Shown here one piece after another: positions 10,139 to 20,317 of a stretch of DNA of 64,000 nt (the stretch's first letter is position 1; every line of letters starts with the position of its first letter). The DNA lies in the IMG/VR virus record IMGVR_UViG_3300033148_003591, positions 37,996 to 101,995 of that record; one strand, given 5' to 3'. The stretch comes from a virus. The position numbers and the translations under genes were made by a program. Below the pieces are notes generated by a model. The model saw only the letters and a list, made by a program, of their open reading frames with translations. It ran no database searches and was not told the DNA's origin.

Positions 10139-13100
10139 GATTTCTCCAGTTTTTCCCGTATAACTGTTCAAGATACCCTATAACTGGCATTGGTACTGAT
10201 AGATTGCATCCATATAAACTTCTTGGTTTAGTATTTTTTGTCCATTTTAAAATATGAACTTTTATGCCATTTTTTGCATATGTATTTTTTTCTTCATCAT
10301 GTATAAACATTTTTTGCCTTAATAGGTTACTATTAATCTCTGGTGCTGATATAAAAATATCTGTTGTTGTACTTGATAATTTTGATTTTTTAATAGCTTC
10401 AAGGCATGTTCTTTGAAGTAAACAACAATCAGGAACTATATTTATAAAATCTAAAAATACACTTTGTATATTATCACTTACTTTAGGTACAATATTTGTT
10501 GTCTTTTTTTCTACTTCAATTATATCGGCAACTGGATAATTAACCAATTCGTATGGAGTTTGGTATCTAATATGTTTAACACGTTCTAATGTGCTACTAC
10601 CTCTTGAAGTCATTTTCATTTCGCACTCCATATAAAATTTATTTTTTAAATAATGCAAGAATTTTTCAACCAAATGCATATCGGGTTTTCTTGGATGATG
10701 AATATATTTTTTAAGTTTTCTTATACTATTCGCTTTTTTATTTATACCTTTAAAATTATAGAAACACTTACCTACAGTTATTACAGGTTTTCCCCACATC
10801 ATTGCTTGCAACCCAATACCAGAATTTATTGTTAAAACTATATCCGAATATTTAATGCAGTCTTTATAATGATATTTATCTACGATTTTAACATTTTTAC
10901 TTTCAGTCATTAATGTTGTTTCCACCGGATGATTCTTAACTAGAAATTCTACATTTCTCATACTGCATCCTAATTCCTTTATAATGTTTTGAAAATTAGG
11001 CATAGATTTTACCCAATCACTCCATAATAATATAGTTGTATCATTATATACCTGTGACGCAACGAAAACTTTAATTGTATCTTTAGATAAATCTAATTCT
11101 TCATAGAAGGTTTTTTTAGTAACAAATTCAGCATGCTGTTTTTCTAAGCTACATTCATCCTCAGTGAAAGATTTAATATATTCTTTAATTTGTTTCTTTT
11201 CATAGGCTGTTATTTTAACATCCCAATTTTTCTTTTTATATGAATCACTAAAGTATAAAAAGTTGTGCATATCTAAATAAATGCTTCCAGGTAATGCTCC
11301 ACGTTCAAGTACATAAGCTAATTTTCCAGCTTCTTTAAATTCATGCAACAAATCGTATTTCCATTGAAACTTCTTTGCTATTGTATAACTATATGTATTC
11401 CAAAGAATTAATGCTTTATTAGATTTTTTAACTCTTTCTATATTTCTGTCTAATTCAATGTCTAAATATTTGCTTAATTCTACAACATAAGGGTGTCTAA
11501 CTTCAGGACTGATAAATTGTATTTTTTTGATTTGACTAATTTTATCTTGTACTATTTTAAATTTAGGATTATTTTGGTCTGTAAAGAAATTTTTTTCTTT
11601 ATTAGAACATTCTTCAGTAAATAAAGACCCAAATGCTCCTAATAAGGCATACAGGTTTAATTCCGTTGGGTTTTTTTGTAGAATCTTCCATAATTTTACA
11701 GGAACTTTGGTATATTTATCTTTATTATTTTTAGTTCTATCCATCATATTATAATATCTTTGAAATATTGTGTAGTTTGACCAATAAGGACAATGGTCTC
11801 CCATAACCCTTCTGTCGTTTATTGTAGTAAAACCGTCATTTAGCAGTGCGATTTTTTGAGTATTTTCGCAGCATAAAGTATCTTCAAAAGGATACTTTTT
11901 TAATATTTCCGTTCTATTAATTCTAACGCCTTTAATTTTTCTATTCATATGTACATCATACAGGGAAAATAATAATGTAGAAACAGTTGGTTCATTTTTT
12001 AACATACTTGTGTGCATATTATTAACAGCTTCAGGTTTTAAAATGATATCTTCATCACATTGGATAAAGTATGGTGTTTTACACCTAATCATCATTTGAT
12101 TAAATGCGTCTGACATGGGTGCAATATCTTCTATTATGTCTAGTTTAAAATCAACGGTTTGGTTTTTTAAAGCCAATAGACATGCTTGATAATTTTTTTT
12201 CTTTTCAACAGCAATTACAAATACAGTTACATCTGAAGAAATATCTTGTTTTCCCTTATCCCATGCCCGCACTACATTTTTTGTTCTATAATGAATATCT
12301 CTATTCGTCATTCCTTTTTTTGATAAATCTATATCAGTATAAAATTTCGTGCCAGGAAAAGGTTCAAATTTATACCACCCTTGTACAGATAATTTATTTT
12401 TTTTAATAAAATCCAAAGTCATTTGTCTTTCTTCTTCTGTTTCTCCTGGTATATGATGCATAAAAGATGCTCGAACTGGTAACTTAATTGAACGTGCTAT
12501 GTCTATAGTATTTTGATTGTCGGCTACTGTGTTACCTTTGTTTAATATTTTTAGCACCCTATCACTTCCACTTTCAGCACCAAATCTAACTTCGTAATAA
12601 CCCATCTCTTTCATTTTTATAGCCGTTTCTAATGTAAACACACCGGCTCTAACAAAACTTCTTATCTTTAACCTTTTATGCCATCCTCTTGCCATCCACA
12701 TTTCATGAATTTTATTAAAGCGTGGTTTGTTTACGATAAATAAATCATCATAAATGTACAATGTTTTAATTTGAGGATATTTTTTAATTAAGAAATCAAC
12801 TTCTTTTATAAAATATTCAGCACTATGGAATCTTGTATTACCCCAAAAAACTTGTGAGCTACAAAAATTACAAGAAAATGGACACCCTCTTGAAGTGAAA
12901 ATAGGAATAACATCTGTACACCGACCTCGTTCTGGATAATTTAATGTATCAATATTTTCAATGTTTGGTAATTGAATAATTTTTTCGCTTGGGTTATTTT
13001 TTATAATATGATTTAAAGCTTGTTCACCCTCACCTTTTATTATATGTTTAAATGGGTATTTTTCTAAATCTTCCCAAAGCGTACATTGTCCACCAATAAT

Positions 13101-13319
13101 GATAGGAATGTTTTTAATTGATTTTAGAATTTGAATAGCTTCTTGAATACCCCAAGCATTAGAAGATAATCCTATATAGTCACAGTTTTTTAATTCCTTT
13201 GGGTTTCTAATTAATTCAATATCAGCATTACAATTGGTTTTTAGATAACCTATGCTCAATGGATATTCATTGTCAACAGGGTCTTCCCACCCACACTGAT
13301 ACATTTTAATTTTTTTCAT
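10131..13319 (-). CDS. Multidomain fusion: B12-binding radical SAM + GT2 + KpsS/KpsC-like (GT107) beta-Kdo transferase + LicD-like domain
   Basis: 'SRGCPFSCNFC', 'GAESGS'; 'YFIQCDED'; 'ERG', 'QVYND', 'KNHP', 'TINSGIG..A...GKPV'; C-terminal 'PMP..YLEQLYGKNW'. Confidence 0.75.
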   Translation of the reverse strand: MKKIKMYQCGWEDPVDNEYPLSIGYLKTNCNADIELIRNPKELKNCDYIGLSSNAWGIQEAIQILKSIKNIPIIIGGQCTLWEDLEKYPFKHIIKGEGEQALNHIIKNNPSEKIIQLPNIENIDTLNYPERGRCTDVIPIFTSRGCPFSCNFCSSQVFWGNTRFHSAEYFIKEVDFLIKKYPQIKTLYIYDDLFIVNKPRFNKIHEMWMARGWHKRLKIRSFVRAGVFTLETAIKMKEMGYYEVRFGAESGSDRVLKILNKGNTVADNQNTIDIARSIKLPVRASFMHHIPGETEEERQMTLDFIKKNKLSVQGWYKFEPFPGTKFYTDIDLSKKGMTNRDIHYRTKNVVRAWDKGKQDISSDVTVFVIAVEKKKNYQACLLALKNQTVDFKLDIIEDIAPMSDAFNQMMIRCKTPYFIQCDEDIILKPEAVNNMHTSMLKNEPTVSTLLFSLYDVHMNRKIKGVRINRTEILKKYPFEDTLCCENTQKIALLNDGFTTINDRRVMGDHCPYWSNYTIFQRYYNMMDRTKNNKDKYTKVPVKLWKILQKNPTELNLYALLGAFGSLFTEECSNKEKNFFTDQNNPKFKIVQDKISQIKKIQFISPEVRHPYVVELSKYLDIELDRNIERVKKSNKALILWNTYSYTIAKKFQWKYDLLHEFKEAGKLAYVLERGALPGSIYLDMHNFLYFSDSYKKKNWDVKITAYEKKQIKEYIKSFTEDECSLEKQHAEFVTKKTFYEELDLSKDTIKVFVASQVYNDTTILLWSDWVKSMPNFQNIIKELGCSMRNVEFLVKNHPVETTLMTESKNVKIVDKYHYKDCIKYSDIVLTINSGIGLQAMMWGKPVITVGKCFYNFKGINKKANSIRKLKKYIHHPRKPDMHLVEKFLHYLKNKFYMECEMKMTSRGSSTLERVKHIRYQTPYELVNYPVADIIEVEKKTTNIVPKVSDNIQSVFLDFINIVPDCCLLQRTCLEAIKKSKLSSTTTDIFISAPEINSNLLRQKMFIHDEEKNTYAKNGIKVHILKWTKNTKPRSLYGCNLSVPMPVIGYLEQLYGKNWRNHE

Positions 13320-14122
13320 TACATCCCTTCCATTATTTTTAAAGTTTGTTTAACTACGTTTTCCGCTTCTGAGAAATTAAGAGAATTACTACCGTCACAT
13401 AAAGCTTTTTTTGGTGTTGGGTGAATTTCCATAAATATACCATTAACTCCATATGCTACTGAAGCTCTTGCTAAAGGTAAAATAAATTCTTTATTACCTA
13501 ATGATTTATTTCCACCAGCACTCGGTAACTGAACAGAATGAGTGCAATCAAATACTACAGGGTAATATTGTTTCATTATTGTAAACCCTGTAAAATCTAC
13601 TACTAATCTATGATACCCAAAAGAAGTTCCACGTTCTGTAAGTATAATATTAGTATTATTTTGGCTTTCAATTTTTTTAATTACATGTACTATATCATCT
13701 GGAGCTATAAATTGCCCCTTTTTAATATTAATTATTCTGCCTGTCTTTGCTAACCCTCCAACTAAATCTGTTTGTCTGCATAAGAATGCGGGTATTTGCA
13801 GAATATCTAAAGGTGATTTTTCTACCTCTTTTATTTCTGCTACAGAATGAACATCTGTTAATATTGGCAAATCGTATAAAATTTTTACTTGAGTTAAAAG
13901 TTCTATACCTCTTTTAATGCCCAAACCTCTATAAGCATCGTAAGAGGTTCTATTAGCTTTATCATAACTAGCTTTAAAAATAAACTGACACCCATATTTC
14001 ATTTTTAATTTTTTGACAAATCTTGCAGTTTCAAATAAAATCTTGTAATTTTCTATAGCACAATTTCCTACAATAAAAAATAATTTTGATTTTTTTATTT
14101 TGTCATACAATTTATTTTTCAT
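13319..14122 (-). CDS. kdsA: 3-deoxy-D-manno-octulosonate 8-phosphate (KDO8P) synthase
   Basis: 'FKASYDKANRTS', 'QIPAFLCRQTDL', 'KKGQF', 'ERG.SFGY', 'DCTHSVQ', 'EIHP..ALCDG'. Confidence 0.95.
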   Translation of the reverse strand: MKNKLYDKIKKSKLFFIVGNCAIENYKILFETARFVKKLKMKYGCQFIFKASYDKANRTSYDAYRGLGIKRGIELLTQVKILYDLPILTDVHSVAEIKEVEKSPLDILQIPAFLCRQTDLVGGLAKTGRIINIKKGQFIAPDDIVHVIKKIESQNNTNIILTERGTSFGYHRLVVDFTGFTIMKQYYPVVFDCTHSVQLPSAGGNKSLGNKEFILPLARASVAYGVNGIFMEIHPTPKKALCDGSNSLNFSEAENVVKQTLKIMEGM

Positions 14123-14517
14123 AGGTTTAATAATCCTTTATCTTTTAACTCTGGTATAGGTATTTCTGCACCATCAATAATTAACCCACCCTGAATCTGT
14201 CTAATTATATCATCTGGATTTATATCAGTGTCAATTGTATAAGCTATTTCAATTAGCACAGAATTTTCTAAAGCTTTAAATTTATGCACTAATGGTGGAT
14301 GAACTTCAAAAGTTTCATTTATGCCTAATACTTTAGTACCAAGTTCACTTATAATTTCCACTTTACCAGAAACCAATATAAACTTGTTTATTTTTTCTTT
14401 GTGATGATGCACAGAGCAAAAACTATCTCTCTTTAACTGCAATAAATCTATTTCGTTGTGATTATCAAGATGAATTCTTTGTTTAATACCCCAAATTTTA
14501 AAACTATTATTTGACAT
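14119..14517 (-). CDS. Cupin-domain protein (sugar-phosphate isomerase-like)
   Basis: 'KIWG', 'CSVHHHKEK...FILVSG', 'VHPPLVHKF...VLIEI'. Confidence 0.7.
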   Translation of the reverse strand: MSNNSFKIWGIKQRIHLDNHNEIDLLQLKRDSFCSVHHHKEKINKFILVSGKVEIISELGTKVLGINETFEVHPPLVHKFKALENSVLIEIAYTIDTDINPDDIIRQIQGGLIIDGAEIPIPELKDKGLLNL

Positions 14518-14882
14518 TATTTTAGCTCCTTTAATTCTTTAGCTACAAGTTTACTTATTTTCTTTTTTCTTACTAATTTTTTAATTAACCGATGCTGTTT
14601 CCTTGCATCTTTTTCAGGATTGATTTTAAGAACCTCATCTAATGCATTACGATTAACTAATAATTTTTTCATCAATGTTGCATGAATAAAACCTCTATCA
14701 ATAACATCTCTTCTGAATTGCTTTTTGGCAAGTCTATTTTTACAATATCCTTTTTCAACTATTTTAATTAGCTGATATAATTTTTTAATTTGTTCAAGAA
14801 TCTGAATTTTTTTAATATCAGCAGCCTTTTGCATTTGTTTCATTTTATAATTTCTAATTATATTTTTAATCCATTTTAACAT
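14517..14882 (-). CDS. Hypothetical basic protein
   Basis: ORF coupled to the cupin gene. Confidence 0.5.
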   Translation of the reverse strand: MLKWIKNIIRNYKMKQMQKAADIKKIQILEQIKKLYQLIKIVEKGYCKNRLAKKQFRRDVIDRGFIHATLMKKLLVNRNALDEVLKINPEKDARKQHRLIKKLVRKKKISKLVAKELKELK

Positions 14883-14895
14883 AATCTATCCTTTC

Positions 14896-15495
14896 TTATT
14901 TGAATTCTATTACGTTATCACCGAAATCTAAAAAATCTCCTTTGTGATGTGTTATGAGAATTGTTTGCATATCGAATTTTTTAACTATAGATTTTAAGCA
15001 TTCTCCTGTTTGTTTAATATCACCTGCACCAATTTGACTGAATGGTTCATCCAATTTTAAAATAATACCTCCTTCCGGTTTGACAAAACCCAACACAACC
15101 ATTCTTAATATCAAAGCAATTAAATCCTTTTGTCCACCAGCATTAGAGTCTTCAGGCTCGTGTGGTTCGGACATATCTGGTGTTTTAATGTACACCTTTG
15201 CTTCTGGAATAGCTCCTCTACGGTCAAATTCTAACTCTAAATGATGACCATCGCCAAATACTGACTGCAATGCATTGGTGCTGACTAACTCAAATCCTTC
15301 TTTCATTTTTTGCTGCAATGCCTTTTGAGCAATATCCAATACTTCAATACATTTTTGAAATAATTCTTTATTGGCTTTATTGGTGTCCACTTTTGTTTCA
15401 AGTTCATTGATTTTGAGTGTTAATGATTTATGAACACCATCTAAACTATAGACTTCTTTTTCTAAATTTTGATAGGTTTCTAATAAATTATTCAT
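14896..15495 (-). CDS. SbcC/Rad50-like ATPase, C-terminal half
   Basis: Short coiled coil, signature-like 'NAGGQ', Walker B 'LKLDEPF', H-loop 'ITHH'; no Walker A. Confidence 0.8.
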   Translation of the reverse strand: MNNLLETYQNLEKEVYSLDGVHKSLTLKINELETKVDTNKANKELFQKCIEVLDIAQKALQQKMKEGFELVSTNALQSVFGDGHHLELEFDRRGAIPEAKVYIKTPDMSEPHEPEDSNAGGQKDLIALILRMVVLGFVKPEGGIILKLDEPFSQIGAGDIKQTGECLKSIVKKFDMQTILITHHKGDFLDFGDNVIEFK

Positions 15496-15622
15496 TATTT
15501 TACTCCTTGATGATACCATATAGAAAAATCTTTCAAAGGAATTTCTATTATAATCTTTACAACTTTTAAACGGTTAGATTTGTCATAAATATATATGTAT
15601 TTATTTTTCCCTTTTTTATTCA

Positions 15623-15841
15623 TTATTCTTCCTCTTCATTTGATGGTAAAACATCAGGCAATATAAATGCTTTAATAATCTCAACTAACCCTAAACATTT
15701 TATAGAGTCACCATTGAATGTATGAACCATTTCAGCTTCTCCATCATTCAATATTTTCTCTCCTATTATAACAATACTATCTGTTCTGTTTACTAATTCT
15801 TCTATTAAATCATCCATAGGCACTAAACTTAATTCACTCAT
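15623..15841 (-). CDS. Hypothetical acidic protein
   Basis: ORF in the operon. Confidence 0.55.
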   Translation of the reverse strand: MSELSLVPMDDLIEELVNRTDSIVIIGEKILNDGEAEMVHTFNGDSIKCLGLVEIIKAFILPDVLPSNEEEE

Positions 15842-16068
15842 TTTATTCCTAACTTTTTTTTGCCATCAGCAAGTAATTTACTATATTCTTCTTCAGAATT
15901 TTCTAACACAACTTCTGCTTCATCTATAGCTATTCCCATTTCTGTAATAGTTTTTACCTCTTCATCTCTTTCTTTTTTTTGATTTGCAATTCTTTCTTCT
16001 AATTTAACTATTTCCATTTTGTTATCATTATTAACTTTTTCTAATTGTTCAAGCTCTTTATCTGCCAT
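15838..16068 (-). CDS. Small coiled-coil protein
   Basis: SD GGAGG; heptad-rich sequence. Confidence 0.55.
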   Translation of the reverse strand: MADKELEQLEKVNNDNKMEIVKLEERIANQKKERDEEVKTITEMGIAIDEAEVVLENSEEEYSKLLADGKKKLGIK

Positions 16069-16069
16069 T

Positions 16070-16375
16070 TTATTTTCCTCCAAATTTAATTTTATCTTCT
16101 AAAATTATTGTTAATCTGTTTGTTCCTCCTATCCATTCACATGGATTGCCAGAAAAATATTTACCTTTTATTTTAAATTTAAATTCTGATAATTTATTTC
16201 CAAATAATTTTAGAATGAATTTTAAATCAACATCTACTATAATAATTTTGGTTTTTTTAATTGAAGTTATAAAATGTTCAATTTCTGGATATGGATAAGT
16301 AGCAGCGTCAAAAATATTTGATATTATTAAACTTTCGAGTGTGCCAATTGGTTTGTTTCTATAATATACTTTCAT
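16070..16375 (-). CDS. Hypothetical protein
   Basis: SD AAGGAG. Confidence 0.5.
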   Translation of the reverse strand: MKVYYRNKPIGTLESLIISNIFDAATYPYPEIEHFITSIKKTKIIIVDVDLKFILKLFGNKLSEFKFKIKGKYFSGNPCEWIGGTNRLTIILEDKIKFGGK

Positions 16376-17320
16376 TTATTCTCCTTTTTCGCATAACCCA
16401 ATTCGTTCTCTCAAATTTTTCACAACAGGTTCTTCAGTTTTTGACGACTCACACACTCCCATAACCACATCTATCACCTTCATTGTTTGAATTTTAATAT
16501 TTTTTAATCCGGCTGTAAACATTTCCATTTTCTTTTTATTCTCTTTTTGAATAGATAATGCTTTTAAATCAAATATATCTTCTACCTTTTTAGCTGATTT
16601 TAATGGTATAATATCAATATCATATAATTTATTTTTTTTAATAGTTATTATGGCAATAGAAGGTATTCTATTTATATCATATTCATCAGCTTTACATCTT
16701 GCTATTGCTCCAGGGGCAATAAAAACAGGGTCTTGTTCTTTTTTAATACCCCAATACTTATGATTGTGTGAAACTAGCACTATATCGTAATTAGTTTTTA
16801 TATTTTCATAATAAACGCTAGTAGTAAACCACACTTTTACATCCACTATCATTGCATGGGGAACGTATATAGTTAATTTATCTTTTTTATCATGCTGTGG
16901 AAATTCTTTATTTAAATCATCTTCAATTCCTACATAATACTCTTGTCCTTTAATATAAATATTTTCATCTTCATATTCACCAAGTTGTTTAATATATTTA
17001 CTTCTTCTAAACATATGAGCTAATGATGTTGCATTTGATAGTGACCAATTATTAAACGCTTCATCATGATTACCAGGAGCTATAAGAATATTTATTTTAT
17101 ATTTTTCAATTAAATCAATAAACCAATCACTTAAAACATTACTCACTAAATAACCGTCATATACATCTGCTCCACAAATGATTAATTTTACTTTTTCTTT
17201 TTTAGCAATATCGAGTGATTCTACTATTTTAGCTTTAATGGCTTCACAATAGTTATCTGTGCGATTGCGTGGATTAACACCTTTAAGGTGCATATCTGTG
17301 ATGTAGAGTATCTTAGACAT
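16376..17320 (-). CDS. SbcD/Mre11-like metallophosphoesterase nuclease
   Basis: 'TDMH', 'GADVYD', 'PGNHD', 'HAM', 'SHNH', 'PGAIAR'. Confidence 0.85.
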   Translation of the reverse strand: MSKILYITDMHLKGVNPRNRTDNYCEAIKAKIVESLDIAKKEKVKLIICGADVYDGYLVSNVLSDWFIDLIEKYKINILIAPGNHDEAFNNWSLSNATSLAHMFRRSKYIKQLGEYEDENIYIKGQEYYVGIEDDLNKEFPQHDKKDKLTIYVPHAMIVDVKVWFTTSVYYENIKTNYDIVLVSHNHKYWGIKKEQDPVFIAPGAIARCKADEYDINRIPSIAIITIKKNKLYDIDIIPLKSAKKVEDIFDLKALSIQKENKKKMEMFTAGLKNIKIQTMKVIDVVMGVCESSKTEEPVVKNLRERIGLCEKGE

Positions 17321-17465
17321 AAATAATTCCTATTTTATTAATCTTCTACTTCAACAAAAAATACTTCCGGTTCAGGTAAGTTTAATTCTTTAACTTTTAA
17401 AACATAATATCCAACAAATTGTATTGGTTCGCCTTTATAATCTTCTTTTCTAATCATTTTATATT

Positions 17466-17690
17466 TCATTTGTCATGATACTCCTTTAAATGTTCTGCGA
17501 AATAAAACGTTGATTTTTTTTGAAGGCTTTTTATATATTTAAATAAATCGTCTCTCCAATCATCATATGAATGAATATCTCTATCGTTGGTTTTTATGTA
17601 ATAATCAAATTCGTGGTCGCCACCTATTTTTAATGTTCCTTCTTTTTCTGGTAGATGTCCTCTATCTATTTTAATAATTTCAAATCCCAT
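17466..17690 (-). CDS. Hypothetical protein
   Basis: SD AAGGAG. Confidence 0.5.
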   Translation of the reverse strand: MGFEIIKIDRGHLPEKEGTLKIGGDHEFDYYIKTNDRDIHSYDDWRDDLFKYIKSLQKKSTFYFAEHLKEYHDK

Positions 17691-17692
17691 GA

Positions 17693-18013
17693 TTATTCTC
17701 CTTTCAAAGTTAAAACTATAACTGATGATTGTTCAGTAATTCCAAATGTTCTAAATAATTTTCTAGCTTCTTTAAAGTTCATTCCTGTATCAGTACATAT
17801 TAATCCTTTGGGAATACTATTAAAATTTAAATATTCAGCGTTTATTAAAGTAGCTTTACAATGTAGTTTACCATTAAGTAACACATTAAATTCAGTATCT
17901 TCTTGACCCTTATAATAATTCCATTTTTTATAATCATACTTACGAATAGTAGTAAATATTTGTTGATTTAATTTCAAATTCCAATTATGACTGAAACGTA
18001 TATTATTCATCAT
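17693..18013 (-). CDS. ASCH/PUA-like domain protein
   Basis: 'RFSHNWNLKL...FTTIR' motif. Confidence 0.4.
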   Translation of the reverse strand: MMNNIRFSHNWNLKLNQQIFTTIRKYDYKKWNYYKGQEDTEFNVLLNGKLHCKATLINAEYLNFNSIPKGLICTDTGMNFKEARKLFRTFGITEQSSVIVLTLKGE

Positions 18014-18291
18014 TTACCTCTTTTATCCATTAATTTAGCTATTTTTACAATATCATGGTCAGCATTTTCGATAGCATTAATATCTTTCCACAACATCTCT
18101 GATAAATCTTCAGCACCATGCTTATCAGCTATTTCTATTATTTCAGCCACAATTTGTCTCATTTGTTGATAAAGCTCATTTAATTTCAACGCATCTGTAT
18201 GGAAATTAGTTTTCTTTAAATATGAAGATTTCCATTTAATTCCCAATTTTTTACATATTGATTCTATTCTATATGCGATACGGTAACACAT
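18010..18291 (-). CDS. Hypothetical protein
   Basis: ORF with overlapping start/stop. Confidence 0.5.
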   Translation of the reverse strand: MCYRIAYRIESICKKLGIKWKSSYLKKTNFHTDALKLNELYQQMRQIVAEIIEIADKHGAEDLSEMLWKDINAIENADHDIVKIAKLMDKRGK

Positions 18292-18557
18292 TATTTATCT
18301 CCAGTTGATATTTCATAAATTTTATTTCCATTTATATCATGTTTAATATTATCAATTTTTAGTATAGGCATTTTGGTATTCCATTTTGATTTATCAATAG
18401 ATTTAGTATCCATATTAATTTTATACCACATATTATCTTTTGTGTTTTTTGGTAACACATTTATATGGAATTCACCATTGTGTTCACAAATGGATATTCG
18501 ATGTCCATTATCTGTTTTTAAAATCATTGAATTATTAAATTGATTTATGATTTTCAT
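18291..18557 (-). CDS. Hypothetical protein, paralog of 25866-26081
   Basis: 'LKTDNGHRISICEHNGEFHINV' vs 'LETKEGNQICICMRDDTFEINV'. Confidence 0.55.
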   Translation of the reverse strand: MKIINQFNNSMILKTDNGHRISICEHNGEFHINVLPKNTKDNMWYKINMDTKSIDKSKWNTKMPILKIDNIKHDINGNKIYEISTGDK

Positions 18558-18682
18558 TATTTATTCTCCTAATAGTAATTCTCTCATTTCCTTTAAGCAT
18601 TTTAATAATTGATTAAATTTTTGAGGTGTAACTTTTTCACCTTTTGCTAATATTATTGGGTCAGGTAACTTTTCTAATTGCA

Positions 18683-19273
18683 TTATTTTTCCTCCTCAAA
18701 TCTTTTTTGACACAATTCACATACTGCACTTAATTCAGTGGCACACCTAACAACAGTACATCCACAATTAAATTTTTTCATTTTAGTTGGTGCTGCAATT
18801 TTACTTGATTCTTTTCTCACCATTTTAAACACATTATAATTAACATTCATTTCTTCTACGGCTAATTTAAGTTTATCACTCATACATGTCATTGCCCATC
18901 CGAACCTACCAGCCTTTTGTACGTTTAAACCGTAATTTTCAGCACGCTCTCTAAATGCTTTATTATGATACTGAGAAGCACTGCAATCTGGAATTTTATC
19001 TACACAATTATGATAATGTGCCATCTCATGTATTAGTGTTTCAATTGGGTTTCTGTTTAATACTTCTGCACAGATGTTAATCTCACTCAATTTAATATCA
19101 TCGCCATTACTCCATTTTTCTGTCCAATGCCATCCTAATGTTTGACCTCTACCCTTACTTTGAATAGTTATAATAGGTCTACGAGCTGTAAATTTATATC
19201 TATCTGCTATAAGGTCATATATTCTTTCTAATTCTCTTATTGCTGGACATATGCTATTTTGTTTAGTTTTCAT
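18683..19273 (-). CDS. SprT-like zinc metalloprotease
   Basis: 'TLIHEMAH', 'YHNKAF', C-terminal CxC...CxxC. Confidence 0.75.
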   Translation of the reverse strand: MKTKQNSICPAIRELERIYDLIADRYKFTARRPIITIQSKGRGQTLGWHWTEKWSNGDDIKLSEINICAEVLNRNPIETLIHEMAHYHNCVDKIPDCSASQYHNKAFRERAENYGLNVQKAGRFGWAMTCMSDKLKLAVEEMNVNYNVFKMVRKESSKIAAPTKMKKFNCGCTVVRCATELSAVCELCQKRFEEEK

Positions 19274-19275
19274 TT

Positions 19276-19497
19276 TTAACCCTCTAAATTTTTTAACCAT
19301 ATTTCATATGCATAATCGAATTTTTCAGACCCTTGACCTGGAGCAGTTTCACATAGGTGTATAATTTTTTCAACTTCTTCAAATGGATTAAGATTATGTT
19401 TTTTGCACTCAGGATAAATAATAGAAACAATACTACTATCTCCTAGTTGTTCTACTATTCCATCTAAAATTGATTGTAATAATATATCATTTGTCAT
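19276..19497 (-). CDS. Hypothetical protein
   Basis: SD GGAG before MTNDILL. Confidence 0.45.
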   Translation of the reverse strand: MTNDILLQSILDGIVEQLGDSSIVSIIYPECKKHNLNPFEEVEKIIHLCETAPGQGSEKFDYAYEIWLKNLEG

Positions 19498-19769
19498 AAA
19501 AATTTCTCCAAGTATTTTAAGGGTTCTGTTTCTAATACCATTTGTTGTAAGTGCCATTTCCAGTTTTCAATAGGAATAAAATTCATTGCATTTGTAATAA
19601 TTTTATCTTTTAACATTTCTTCACCCCAAAAAGCTTTAGCAAAATCGTGTGAAAAAATATAATTAAAAATCAATAATTCTTCATTAGATTTATTACATTC
19701 AAAATCTAATAATCTTAAATCTCTACCTGTATTTTTAAATATTTTATTTAATATTTCTTTATCTGTCAT
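19494..19769 (-). CDS. Hypothetical phage protein, paralog of 51467-51913
   Basis: Shared 'H(D/E)FAKA.WG' and 'W..HLQQ.V...KYLEKFL'. Confidence 0.6.
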   Translation of the reverse strand: MTDKEILNKIFKNTGRDLRLLDFECNKSNEELLIFNYIFSHDFAKAFWGEEMLKDKIITNAMNFIPIENWKWHLQQMVLETEPLKYLEKFL

Positions 19770-19783
19770 TATATTATCCTTTA

Positions 19784-20317
19784 TTAATCCCACAAATTGA
19801 AAAAGTATTTTCTAAATAAATCAAATCCCTTATAAAATTTTTTACTCTCTTGATGTGTAAATACTATTGAATTATCGTATAAATCAGAATTATCTCTCAT
19901 CATTGTTCTCAATTTAAGATATTGTTTTCTATTTTTTGTTAAATAAACTTCATGATTAGATACTTTTTGAGCCATTTTAAAAGTCCAAGTGATTCTCTTT
20001 AAAATATCATCCCATTTTTGTTTAGTTAAATTTGTTGGATACCCATGACTATTTTTTCTAAGATGTTCTACACTATCAGCTATAACATTAGCAAGGTAGG
20101 TATCTAATCCCCATGTATCATAATTAGCCCACCCTTTGTTAGCTCTTTGAAAATAGCCTGGTAATAACACACGGAAAAAGAAAAGTATGTCTTTCCATTT
20201 TACTACGATAGATAACCAAATATTATAATACAACCAACCAGCAATAGTTTTTTCTTTGGCTTCTCTTTCTTTTCTAATTTCATCCATCATTTCTTTAACT
20301 GATTTATATTTCTTCAT
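19784..20317 (-). CDS. Conserved-looking phage hypothetical protein
   Basis: 'DTWGLD', 'HGYP', 'GFDLFRKYFFNLWD'; has its own promoter and SD. Confidence 0.6.
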   Translation of the reverse strand: MKKYKSVKEMMDEIRKEREAKEKTIAGWLYYNIWLSIVVKWKDILFFFRVLLPGYFQRANKGWANYDTWGLDTYLANVIADSVEHLRKNSHGYPTNLTKQKWDDILKRITWTFKMAQKVSNHEVYLTKNRKQYLKLRTMMRDNSDLYDNSIVFTHQESKKFYKGFDLFRKYFFNLWD

